NCBI GenBank assembly: GCA_003056265.1 | Contig: NBVN01000002.1 | Location: 30,001-62,000 of the forward strand | Length of the DNA: 32,000 bases | Direction: 5' to 3' | From: Zestosphaera tikiterensis | Lineage (GTDB): Archaea; Thermoproteota; Thermoprotei_A; Sulfolobales; NBVN01 | In this document: piece by piece, positions 1 through 8,568 of the stretch | Position numbering within the stretch: position 1 is the stretch's first letter | Layout: each line of letters opens with the position of its first letter | Translations under genes and position numbers: made by a program | Notes under the pieces: generated by a model | Seen by the model: only the letters and a program-made list of their open reading frames with translations | What the model was told of the DNA's origin: nothing | The model's database searches: none

Positions 1-781
1 TGTTTGGAGGCAATGCTATTACAATCAACAGCAGTAATGGTACAGCAACAAGAGATAATGTTAACGCTTCACTCAATTCATCAATAACAGGTTTAATTAA
101 ACATTTCATTTGTATAAACTTTTCGAGAACTGTAACAAGCCTAATATTGACTGCTGCATTTCTCAATTTCTTTGGTGTTTCCTTAAACGAAACACTCATC
201 AAATTAGTAGATCTAACCCTACGATCGAAAAGATATATCGTTACAGAGCTAAGAAACAGTGCTATAAGTCCACAGAGACTTTTCATGAATATGTCAGCAC
301 TGTTTTCATAGATTAAAAGTAAGAAAGATTGAGACTGAACGAAGAATATCCATCTGTATAATCCTCCCAGTGCTTCTATGCTAATACCTCGGAAACTATT
401 TGGTTTAGTTAATTTAGTTAAATATACTAACACTACTGGAAAAATGTAAAGTAGTGACAGCATTGCTTGAGGTAATAGAGAGTGTTGTGTTGTATTGAGA
501 ATAAAGACGAAAATAAATAGAATAGTTAAATCGAAAAGAAAGATGAAAGCTATCAAGAAATTTGTGAGAAACGTTAATTTAGGCAGAAGTCCAAACAGGA
601 ATACTATAAGGGAAACGATATTAAGCATTATGGCAATCATTAATGAGAAGTTGTCAGACGCGAACAACTGATAAAGCTGCAGTATTGCTCCAAGGAGTAT
701 TGCTGAAACCACACCAATAATAATGGATGTTAGTTTTAATATGTTTTCTGGAGCCCGTCTAAACCTCTTTACGTTGCTCAT
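1..781 (-). CDS. Multi-pass membrane protein of unknown function. The C-terminal end runs off the window (at least 260 codons). It is absent from the supplied ORF track.
   Basis: Hand translation of the minus strand from ATG at 781-779 gives MSNVKRFRRAPENILKLTSIIIGVVSAILLGAILQLYQLFASDNFSLMIAIMLNIVSLIVFLFGLL... It stays open with no stop to position 1 and has several long hydrophobic segments. GGAGGT (plus 789-794) sits 7 nt upstream of the ATG, with an AT-rich TATA-like stretch further upstream. Confidence 0.55.
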   Translation of the reverse strand, partial: MSNVKRFRRAPENILKLTSIIIGVVSAILLGAILQLYQLFASDNFSLMIAIMLNIVSLIVFLFGLLPKLTFLTNFLIAFIFLFDLTILFIFVFILNTTQHSLLPQAMLSLLYIFPVVLVYLTKLTKPNSFRGISIEALGGLYRWIFFVQSQSFLLLIYENSADIFMKSLCGLIALFLSSVTIYLFDRRVRSTNLMSVSFKETPKKLRNAAVNIRLVTVLEKFIQMKCLIKPVIDELSEALTLSLVAVPLLLLIVIALPPN

Positions 782-1538
782 CGCAGAAACCTCCGCAACG
801 AGTTTATTTATTAAAGATCCTAAATAAGTAATAACATCAACTAGGTAATAAGCATTTTACTTAATCGAATATATGTTGAACATACTTTTGACTGAGCATG
901 CAATTGGCTTTTAAAGCTGTTGAAAATTAATGCCAAGCATATATAGTTCTATAGATGAATTCGTAGCAAGTACAGGTCACAAGGATTACCGAAGTCTACG
1001 GTTCCCATTAACTTCAGACCTGTAGAAGAAGCGAGCCAATCGACCTCCAGAACAGGTTAAGGTTTCATAAAGACTTCGTTAAACATAGCTTCACATCTGA
1101 AGAGGTAGTCACTATTCAATGAAAGGTTGCCTCTTGCGAAACGTAGCAATTTATAGGCTACCTCAGCTGAAGAGATTTCAGAGCAGATGTTTTCTAATCT
1201 CTTGAGGTAACAATAGAGTAAGTCTGCCGACGAGAAAAAATATAAAGCGTTTCGACGGCGACATAACATGACTGAAGTAGCTTTCAAGCAACTTGATGAG
1301 GGGACTTTCCAGCCTAGAGAGCTGCTGTGGATAACCTGCGTGCGGGCCAAATTCCAGCGAATCCGTCATAGAATTGAATTCCCTTAATTGAATTTTCTGG
1401 TAGGTTTTCTAAATCTTCTAATTAAGTTTTAGGTGTTTGAAAGGCCTGCTCAGATCCTTCTTACCTCTGCTTAGATATTGGTTTTTAACATTAATAGTGA
1501 CGATCTTATAGAGGCATCCAACAAATAGCTCTCAGGAC

Positions 1539-1955
1539 TCATATACAAAATTCTCTTTTCCTCAAAAGTGTATAGAGATCTATACTCTTGGAGCATCTAA
1601 CTACCTCGACCTTAGACCTCATAGCAAGACTTTTAAGTAGGCTGTCAACACCACCTTTATGATGTAATAAAAGCATTTTTATGGCATTAGCGGGTTGCAG
1701 AAAATTTTTCTCTATAAGTCTATCATATGACTCTTCAAGTTTTCGGATATCCCTAAGCTCAGGCGTGCCCGTATCCTCAATAACTATATTGAGTACGTAT
1801 TCGCCACATTTTAAAACTAGAGCTACATCACTTTTCTTTTCATTTTTCTTTAAGGTCTGGTTTAAAACTTCATCTAAATTCGTCTGTTTTAATAATTCAG
1901 CGTTAGGCGGTAGGGTTATAGTTGTGTTTTTAATCTTTATCTTCTTCACAGTCAC
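1539..1955 (-). CDS. 138-aa protein of unknown function, translationally coupled to the upstream ATPase
   Basis: The ORF has a GTG start at 1955 and overlaps the ATPase stop (1930) by 26 nt. GGAGGT lies 7 nt upstream of the GTG, inside the ATPase 3' end. I recognise no catalytic or family motif in MTVKKIKIKNTTITLPP...NIVIEDTGTPELRD...LLLHHKGGVDSLL... Confidence 0.6.
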   Translation of the reverse strand: MTVKKIKIKNTTITLPPNAELLKQTNLDEVLNQTLKKNEKKSDVALVLKCGEYVLNIVIEDTGTPELRDIRKLEESYDRLIEKNFLQPANAIKMLLLHHKGGVDSLLKSLAMRSKVEVVRCSKSIDLYTLLRKREFCI

Positions 1956-3504
1956 GTATCCTACCTCCAGCTCTAAGTTTCTGGACTCTGTAGTAGAGTT
2001 TCATATGTTCTTCATAAAGTTCCTCAATGATTTTCTTAAACACGTCATCCCGAATACCCGTCTCACTTACCTTGACTTCTTCTACAATTGAGTAACCTTC
2101 ATCTTTCCTGAAGTTGTAGATCTTTACATCCTCAGGCTTTAATGCGACTCTAAATTCTGGCGCATTTGAAGATCCAGCCATAACCAAATTGCTAAGTTTG
2201 TTGAGTATCACATCGCTATGAGTTGTAATTATGACTCTTACGCCCAATCTCTTAGCTAAAAGCGTCAAGACTTCAATTAGCTTCGCCTGTTTATCCGGAT
2301 GTAGATGCGCCTCAGGCTCTTCGATAATCAAAATATCATTCTTTTTAATCGAACCATATTTAAGGTATAAATCAAGAGGACTAAGCTCAGCAATCATTGA
2401 AGACACATTAGAAAGTGGAAACTCGAATTCTTTAGACCTGTATATAGGCTCGGGAAGAGATATATCACCTCTTCTAACAAGCTCTACACTTCCTTCCAGT
2501 ATTTCCTCTAATGACTCGATGATCTCCTTTAACTCATCACTTATATTAATTGCCCTTGGATCCAACGATATAAGCTCCGCTAGAAAATCCGCTAAAGTCC
2601 CAGGAACGCTAGGAATCTCAGCACCGCGAATAGGCATACTAGGTACTGATTTTATTATTGCGGATGCTACAGTTCTATAGCTATATAAAATCCCTGCTCG
2701 CGAGGCTGGAAGATAATGAATGTCAAATTTAGCGAAATCTATTTCTAAATCTTCTAATAAATCTTCTAATATTTCTAATAAATATGGTAAATATGGTAAA
2801 AACTCTTCTGAAGTAACTCTCCTTGAAGTGATGACTCTAAAAAGACGGTAGTAACGTTCCTTTACGCCCTTTTCAAGGCTCCCCAGTATGGCATCTGTTT
2901 TTGCGGTAAGCTTAATGTCGAGATTTGCGTTCCTATCCTGCTTTATCCTAGGTTTTGGCATCGAGACTTTTAAGTCACAGCTTAATTCAAAGAATTTACC
3001 CTTAAGTTTAATGTTTGCTCTCATTTCGCTCGATCCCCGCCTTACAAGATCGGTAATTCTAGATGAGAATACCCTCTCGATCTCCTCTATTACGAGTTTT
3101 TTAAAGTTTTTAGAATTCAATAGCTTATTTAACTCATTTATGTAAAGCTCCATACCTCTCTCCACAAATTCCCCTAGAAGTTTGTTCAATTCTTCATTTT
3201 TGCGGTGGCTTTTAGGTTCTTTAGCTAGGCTCTGAGCTTTTTCTCGATATTCATTCACTAGCTTTTCTAACAAGTTTCCTAAGTCTTTCATTTCTATGAA
3301 TCTAAGGAATCCTTCCCTTATAATTTTCTGTATACTTTCTATCATACTTTCTATCGAAGCATACAAAAACATAGCTGTATAGGACTTCCCAGTATTGTTG
3401 GGTCCTATGAATAAGGTGATCGGTGCTAGTTCTATTTCTCCTTTCCCAACATATCCAAAGTTCTCGACATTAAGCCTAATGATATCTATCACCGTGCCCA
3501 CCAA
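1930..3504 (-). CDS. ABC/SMC-type (AAA_15/AAA_21-like, OLD/GajA/AriA/PtuA-class) ATPase, 524 aa
   Basis: The N-terminal beta-strand plus Walker A reads LFIGPNNTGKSYTAMFLY. A long helical insertion of about 300 aa, rich in E, K and L, follows. Walker B/D-loop is NDILIIEEPEAHLHPDKQ and the H-loop is VIITTHSDVI. A TATA-like TTATAATA (plus 3541-3548) lies about 37 nt upstream of the TTG/GTG start. Confidence 0.8.
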   Translation of the reverse strand: MVGTVIDIIRLNVENFGYVGKGEIELAPITLFIGPNNTGKSYTAMFLYASIESMIESIQKIIREGFLRFIEMKDLGNLLEKLVNEYREKAQSLAKEPKSHRKNEELNKLLGEFVERGMELYINELNKLLNSKNFKKLVIEEIERVFSSRITDLVRRGSSEMRANIKLKGKFFELSCDLKVSMPKPRIKQDRNANLDIKLTAKTDAILGSLEKGVKERYYRLFRVITSRRVTSEEFLPYLPYLLEILEDLLEDLEIDFAKFDIHYLPASRAGILYSYRTVASAIIKSVPSMPIRGAEIPSVPGTLADFLAELISLDPRAINISDELKEIIESLEEILEGSVELVRRGDISLPEPIYRSKEFEFPLSNVSSMIAELSPLDLYLKYGSIKKNDILIIEEPEAHLHPDKQAKLIEVLTLLAKRLGVRVIITTHSDVILNKLSNLVMAGSSNAPEFRVALKPEDVKIYNFRKDEGYSIVEEVKVSETGIRDDVFKKIIEELYEEHMKLYYRVQKLRAGGRIRDCEEDKD

Positions 3505-4246
3505 ACACGTCTCTAAATCTATCCCTAAGAGACATATGAATATTATAACTAATAAAGTATTGAATGATTGCTCGCTTAGCGATAACTGGGATATTCACAA
3601 ACTTTGGATAAGCAATGTAATAGAATACGAGAATAGTTTCCCTCCAGAATCTAGTTCTGCTGATGTAAGTTACTGTCGCTAAATTGTTGAATGTTACCAT
3701 GTGTGAATCATTGGGTGAACTGTGATTTTGGTTTCAACCCCTTTAAAGCTGTCTAGCGTATCTGAATGCTACCATAGCTAGATGTTACAGTCAACTCTTA
3801 GAACTTTACATCAGTAATTTAGCTCACCATAGTTGAAGATCTTAATAAAGTTGCGATAAATTAGAAACGTGTCTACAAAATATTGTGGGCTCGTTACGCA
3901 GATCAGGGCCACGATAACCTGCTCTAGAAAATTTTCTCCAAGTATATACTCAAGTTGTTGTTGAGGTCCTTAAAGTGTGTAGTCAGTGAAATCTATTTGA
4001 ATACTTAAAGTGCGTTACTGGTGTTGTCGAAAAAGTGTTTGCGAGGGAGAGGTTATAGAGGTTTTAAGAGAGGTCGAGAGGCTTATAGGGAGGTTAAAGC
4101 TCAGATCGGGCATCGACACGCATATACGTGGTCTTGCTAAAGGGCTTGTTTGAGGTCTTTCCGATAAGATAGCGGGATAAAATATTAGGTGTTAATCTTA
4201 AATTCTATGGGAGACTTAGAAGCGCTAGTGTTGGATATGTTAGCAA

Positions 4247-5062
4247 GTGTTTCGAGGGAGTGATGTGTATATGATTAAGCTTAAGGATGTTGTGGTGGTT
4301 TTTAATGATGATAGAAAAGTTTTATCGATATCCTCTGCTGTTTTTAGCGGTAATTCGATAATCCTTGGGCCTAATGGTGCTGGTAAGACTACGTTAATAA
4401 AAACTATTGTAGGGCTTTACAAACCTCGTCAGGGTGTGATAGAGGTTGACGGTGTTGATGTAACTAAGGATGGTGTGCCTAAGTTAATGTCAACGAACAT
4501 TGAATCCGCGTATATATTGCCTAGCACATGCTTAAGCGATTTAATCAAGATATACTGCTATGCGTTCAACTGTAGTTATCGAGATGTACAGCAGCTTTTA
4601 TCGTATATTAAACCTAAAGCTAAAGAGCTTTGGAAGTTATCCGCGGGTGAGAGGAAGTGGGTTACTACGGTTTTAGCGTTATATGCTGACACGAAAGTTA
4701 CGTTGCTTGATGAACCGTTTGAGGATCTTGACCCGTGGCTTGTTAGAAAACTTATTGAGGAGATTCGTAAAGTTGCTGAGCGTAAGCAAGTTATACTTAC
4801 CTTACACAGCATCTATTTACTTAAGGAGTTTACCGACTGGGATTTATACTTCATGTTTGACGGTTCTTTATACGGTTCTGTAAAATCGCATGAAGTGTTT
4901 AATATGGAGGTCATACCCGGACGTGACCCAAACGCCGTTTTAATCTTTCAAATGCATGGAGAGGAATACTCCCTAATAGAGGGTGGTAAAGGGGAAGGCA
5001 TACCATTACGTGAAGTCAATGATTTAACACAGCTATACAGCAGAAGTAAGTTGGGGATGTAA
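4247..5062 (+). CDS. ABC transporter ATP-binding subunit. The likely true start is ATG 4271.
   Basis: Walker A is [14 protein letters not shown], the signature-like motif is LSAGERKW, Walker B is [12 protein letters not shown], and the H-loop is ILTLHS. GAGGGAGTGATG precedes ATG 4271 ([11 protein letters not shown]). The gene abuts the permease gene with a 1-nt gap. Confidence 0.8.
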   Translation: MFRGSDVYMIKLKDVVVVFNDDRKVLSISSAVFSGNSIILGPNGAGKTTLIKTIVGLYKPRQGVIEVDGVDVTKDGVPKLMSTNIESAYILPSTCLSDLIKIYCYAFNCSYRDVQQLLSYIKPKAKELWKLSAGERKWVTTVLALYADTKVTLLDEPFEDLDPWLVRKLIEEIRKVAERKQVILTLHSIYLLKEFTDWDLYFMFDGSLYGSVKSHEVFNMEVIPGRDPNAVLIFQMHGEEYSLIEGGKGEGIPLREVNDLTQLYSRSKLGM

Positions 5063-5063
5063 C

Positions 5064-5840
5064 GTGAGAAGCGCGTTAACCCTATACTTCACCTCCCTCC
5101 TTAGGTCATACCTACTCTCACCCGCTATGTATATTGGATTAACAGTTTTCGCAGGTTTTTTCAGCCTTATAGGTGCTGTAGGCACTTACGGCGGTAAAAC
5201 CCCTCTACCCGTGTGGTTCTCTATAATGTATTTAATGTTCAACTTCGCCATCATGGGAGGGTTGTCGAGGTCGATCGTTGTGGGTTCTGGAGCTTTAAGC
5301 TATCTGATAAGACACGCGGGCATTAACCCAATTAAATTAACTTTAGTTTTAACTGTAGCCAATATGATTAGTCAAATCGTATTCTCACCTCTTTTCCTAG
5401 CTTTAACTGTTCTAATGTACTACATAGCTGACAAAATTACGTTAACAGTAAATGTTGGTTTGCTTATTTCTGCGATAGTATTGACATCATTATTTATGAC
5501 AACGCTTGGAATCGCTTTCGGCTTACTCATGGTTGGTAAAGCAACCACCGCGAAAATCGCCAATTTCATACCGTTGCTACCCATGATCCTTTACTTCACA
5601 TCTCTCCTAACCCCACCCGACATAAGCTCCTACAACCCTATTACAGCTATAATGATATTACTAACGTCCTCCCTAAAGTATGAGGGACCTACCTACTTTA
5701 TTCCAATACCCCCTACCTTAAGCTTACCTGTTCTAACGGCAGTGATATTAACGTCATCAGCGACTCTATTACTTCTTTCCACCCTGTTAATGAAGAGAAT
5801 ACGCGAAGTCAACATATATGACGCAGCCATAGGCTTCTAA
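5064..5840 (+). CDS. ABC-2-type transporter permease (polytopic membrane protein)
   Basis: The 258-aa protein is strongly hydrophobic with about 6 predicted TM stretches. It lies immediately downstream of the ABC ATPase and appears translationally coupled to it. Confidence 0.7.
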   Translation: MRSALTLYFTSLLRSYLLSPAMYIGLTVFAGFFSLIGAVGTYGGKTPLPVWFSIMYLMFNFAIMGGLSRSIVVGSGALSYLIRHAGINPIKLTLVLTVANMISQIVFSPLFLALTVLMYYIADKITLTVNVGLLISAIVLTSLFMTTLGIAFGLLMVGKATTAKIANFIPLLPMILYFTSLLTPPDISSYNPITAIMILLTSSLKYEGPTYFIPIPPTLSLPVLTAVILTSSATLLLLSTLLMKRIREVNIYDAAIGF

Positions 5841-6197
5841 CCGTAGTGCTTTATGGTGGGGATGAAAGCTTATATGCTTTTATGCTTTATAACAGCGAAA
5901 CCTTAAAGGGCGAGAGTTCTTAGTGTTGCTAAGGCGGGGAGGAGGTCAGTCGCTTGGTTCTTCACGTAGTAAGCCCTTATCTTTAGGAGTACCGGACACT
6001 CTTCCTGAAACTTCCTACTAGCTCATTCTAGCAGGCTATTCACACGTACCCTATACACCTCGTCAATGTAGTTGCTGGTATCGCTGACCCTCACTATAAA
6101 TCGCAACCGACGAAGCACTTCCCAGTAGATCCGCTGACTCAAACGTATATAAGATGTGTATAGAACCCTGCATTCCAGGTTTGTTCATTGCTGATGC

Positions 6198-6247
6198 TCA
6201 GCTGAGACAGCTTTAATCACTTTTCATTTCGTTTGCTTCATCATCAC
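6198..6247 (-). ncRNA. Weaker candidate C/D box sRNA
   Basis: The minus strand reads GTGATGATGA-agcaaacgaa-ATGA-aaa-GTGATTA-aagctgtctcag(12 nt)-CTGA. The C box is good, D' and C' are degenerate, and the C'-to-D spacing is exactly 12 nt. Total length is about 50 nt, in an ORF-free intergenic region. Confidence 0.3.
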
Positions 6248-6277
6248 GTTTATTATCTTTTAAAGCGTAATAAGTCT

Positions 6278-6338
6278 GAAGAGGATGATACGACGCTCTC
6301 CTGATTGAAGAGATGATGAATCTTCTCTTCACTGAAGC
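6278..6338 (+). ncRNA. C/D box sRNA candidate (2'-O-methylation guide)
   Basis: C box AGGATGA is at 6282-6288, followed by a 12-nt spacer tacgacgctctc and D' CTGA at 6301-6304. After an 8-nt linker comes C' ATGATGA at 6313-6319, a 12-nt spacer atcttctcttca and D box CTGA at 6332-6335. The 12-nt spacing on both halves is the canonical archaeal architecture. Confidence 0.55.
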
Positions 6339-7267
6339 TACTTAAAACTTAATATGTATGAAGCGATTATAGGCAGTAAGACCGTAACGTCGCCGTAGAC
6401 AGTTACGTGTTTGGCTTGCGGTTTTATCTTACCCCAGCTAACGGCCTCCCTAGTTCTAGCCCCGCTTAAGCTTCCATCCCACTCAACGGCTGTGGTTACG
6501 TATACGGCGTAGTCAAGGCCTTCCTTAAATTGATTCCACCATATAGTGTGGTGTTTGCTGATTCCACCTCCTAACACTAGGGCTAAGCTTTTCCTAGCGT
6601 TAAACACTAAATCCATGAGTTCCTTCACGTCCTTAAGTATGTTTAATTTAAAGGGGGTTTGTTGAGTGTATATGAATAGGTTAGTGCCGAAAGCCCCGTC
6701 GGTTATGCCTGGCACGTAGATCGGGACGTTTCTTCTGTAAGCAGCGCCTAAGATCGAATTTAAGTCTTCTTTCAGTAACTCCCCAGCCAAGTTAAGAAGC
6801 TCTCTCACCCCCCACTCCTCCTTAATCTTTAAAGCCTTAGGTATGAGTTCCTTAACGAACGCCTCAACCTTAAGGCCGTATGACTCGAAAGGTATGAATA
6901 CATTCCCTAGTCTGTGGATACCCCGCTTCTCAAGGTCTACATCATCAACGTCGAAACTCCCTTTAAGGTATGAACCCCCTAAAGACTTAGCTATGTCATG
7001 ATCTAAAGCCCCGCAAGTCGTTATAACTACGTTGAAAATGCCTTCATCGATTAACTGAGATATAATCCCTCTAACGCCTGTAGCTATTAAATTGCCTGTG
7101 AAGGAAATAAAACGTAGGTCCGCTTCCTTAACGCCCTCAACCAATATGTCCGCAGCTCTCGCTAAATCGCTTGCTGTAAAGCCATGTATATCCCTATACA
7201 GACTCATCAACTCCTTCACACTTACGTCGGCTTTAACTTTAACGTCGCGAACCTTCTCTTCACTCAA
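6338..7267 (-). CDS. dys: Deoxyhypusine synthase
   Basis: The 309-aa protein carries the family motifs ITTCGALDHD and LVLGGGISKHH. Its TTG start overlaps the hisS stop (TTGA). Confidence 0.88.
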   Translation of the reverse strand: MSEEKVRDVKVKADVSVKELMSLYRDIHGFTASDLARAADILVEGVKEADLRFISFTGNLIATGVRGIISQLIDEGIFNVVITTCGALDHDIAKSLGGSYLKGSFDVDDVDLEKRGIHRLGNVFIPFESYGLKVEAFVKELIPKALKIKEEWGVRELLNLAGELLKEDLNSILGAAYRRNVPIYVPGITDGAFGTNLFIYTQQTPFKLNILKDVKELMDLVFNARKSLALVLGGGISKHHTIWWNQFKEGLDYAVYVTTAVEWDGSLSGARTREAVSWGKIKPQAKHVTVYGDVTVLLPIIASYILSFK

Positions 7268-8568
7268 GGTAGTTCACCGCTCTTTATAGAGTCTATGTCT
7301 AAAGTCTTTTGAGTTCTTAACTTTAAATTCTTAATCGTTACGGATCTACTGCTGTATTCCTTCTCACCTAAAATAGCGACGTAGTCGTATCCTAAGCTGG
7401 AGAAATCGCTGATTAAATCGCTTACTTTCTTCTTCGTAGTTATCCTAACATCTACGGATAAACCTACCTCCCTTAACCTACTAGACGTTAAATCCACGTA
7501 CTTTAAATCGCTTATCAACGCTATCAACCCAACCCTCAACCGCTTCTTAGGCATTTCCCAACCTGAGTTTTCTAAAGCTAGGTAGAGTCTATCAATACCT
7601 AACGCGAAACCCGTGGCTGGTGTTTGAACGCCACCATATAAAGCTATTAAGCCGTCGTACCTGCCTCCACCGCCTATGCTGAAATTAAGTGCTGGAGTAA
7701 TTATCTCAAAGATTAACCCAGTATAATATGCCAGACCTCTTGCGAATCCTAAATCAACATACGGGTTTGGAACGTTCAAATCTTTAAGTATGCTAAGGAT
7801 CTTAGCTAACGACCTCACCTCTTCTTTAATATCTTCTTTAACGTTAACCTCACCCGCATACCTCTCTAGTTCTTGAGGGTCCTCACTACTGAAGCTCGCT
7901 AACTCCTCAATAACTTTAAGGTCTGCTTCAACGCTGGATGACTTAATAAGCTTTAAGGCGTCGTCAAGCATCTTCTTATCTAGGTAGTGTATTATCAGGT
8001 CTTGAGTCTCCTCAGGTATCCTCCAGCTATTGAATAGCTTTCTATATATGCCCATAGACCCTAACTTAACTCTATAGTCTTTAAGACCTACTGCTCTATA
8101 GTAGTCTCTAATAAGCAACAGTAATTCAACGTCGGCGTAGTATGACGGCTCACCTATGTATTCAACCCCAGCCTGTATAAACTCCCTATACCTACCTGAT
8201 TGAGGTTCTTCATATCTGAACGCCGACCCCACGTAGTATATCTTCACGGGTTTCGGCCTATTCCTAAAACTACGTAGGTATATCCTAGCAACCCCGGCGG
8301 TGAATTCCGGCCTTAAACATACTTGCCTTCCAGCCTTATCTTCAAAGACGTACATACTCTTCTTAATCTCAGGCCCTGACTTCACGGCGAATAAGCTGAA
8401 GAGCTCTATAGTCGGAGGTATCACCAGCTCATATCCGTAACTGGAGGCTAAATCGCTAAACGTGCTTTTCAGGTATTCTATCCCTTCGGAGTCGGGATAG
8501 ATTAAGTCTCTCATCCCACGCACAGGCTCTAAGGGTATCTTCATCCCATCACACCTTAAGATCCTCAA
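7264..8568 (-). CDS. hisS: Histidyl-tRNA synthetase (class II). The likely true start is ATG 8544.
   Basis: Motifs are PVRGMRDL, motif 2 FRYEEPQSGRYREFIQAGVE, and motif 3 GGGGRYDGL...GFALGIDR. ATG 8544 (MKIPLEPVRGMRD) follows AGGTG and lies just after the upstream gene's TGA. Confidence 0.92.
   Translation of the reverse strand: MRILRCDGMKIPLEPVRGMRDLIYPDSEGIEYLKSTFSDLASSYGYELVIPPTIELFSLFAVKSGPEIKKSMYVFEDKAGRQVCLRPEFTAGVARIYLRSFRNRPKPVKIYYVGSAFRYEEPQSGRYREFIQAGVEYIGEPSYYADVELLLLIRDYYRAVGLKDYRVKLGSMGIYRKLFNSWRIPEETQDLIIHYLDKKMLDDALKLIKSSSVEADLKVIEELASFSSEDPQELERYAGEVNVKEDIKEEVRSLAKILSILKDLNVPNPYVDLGFARGLAYYTGLIFEIITPALNFSIGGGGRYDGLIALYGGVQTPATGFALGIDRLYLALENSGWEMPKKRLRVGLIALISDLKYVDLTSSRLREVGLSVDVRITTKKKVSDLISDFSSLGYDYVAILGEKEYSSRSVTIKNLKLRTQKTLDIDSIKSGELP

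Noticed and set aside
110-316. Plus-strand 68-aa ORF from the track
   Set aside because: It is antisense to a much longer uninterrupted minus-strand frame (1-781). That frame has a Shine-Dalgarno site and a membrane-protein character, so I prefer the minus-strand gene.
1681-3682. Plus-strand ORFs 1681-2091, 2231-2680, 2888-3145 and 3395-3682 (85-149 aa)
   Set aside because: All lie antisense to the ATPase and partner genes. Their products are low-complexity and rich in Ser, Leu, Phe and Ile, with no motifs. They are typical shadow ORFs of a Glu/Lys/Leu-rich gene on the opposite strand.
3476-3700. Minus-strand 74-aa ORF immediately upstream of and overlapping the ATPase start; a possible third component
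   Set aside because: It has no SD or clear promoter and an odd aromatic-rich composition. It overlaps the predicted ATPase promoter and TATA region, so it is more likely non-coding leader DNA. I cannot fully exclude it as a small protein.
4021-4140. 39-aa Arg/Gly-rich basic ORF (MLSKKCLRGRGYRGFKRGREAYREVKAQIGHRHAYTWSC) upstream of the ABC transporter
   Set aside because: It is short with a GTG start, has no obvious TATA or SD, and arises from a purine-rich gagg/aggt repeat-like stretch that gives such a frame by chance. I kept it only as a note.
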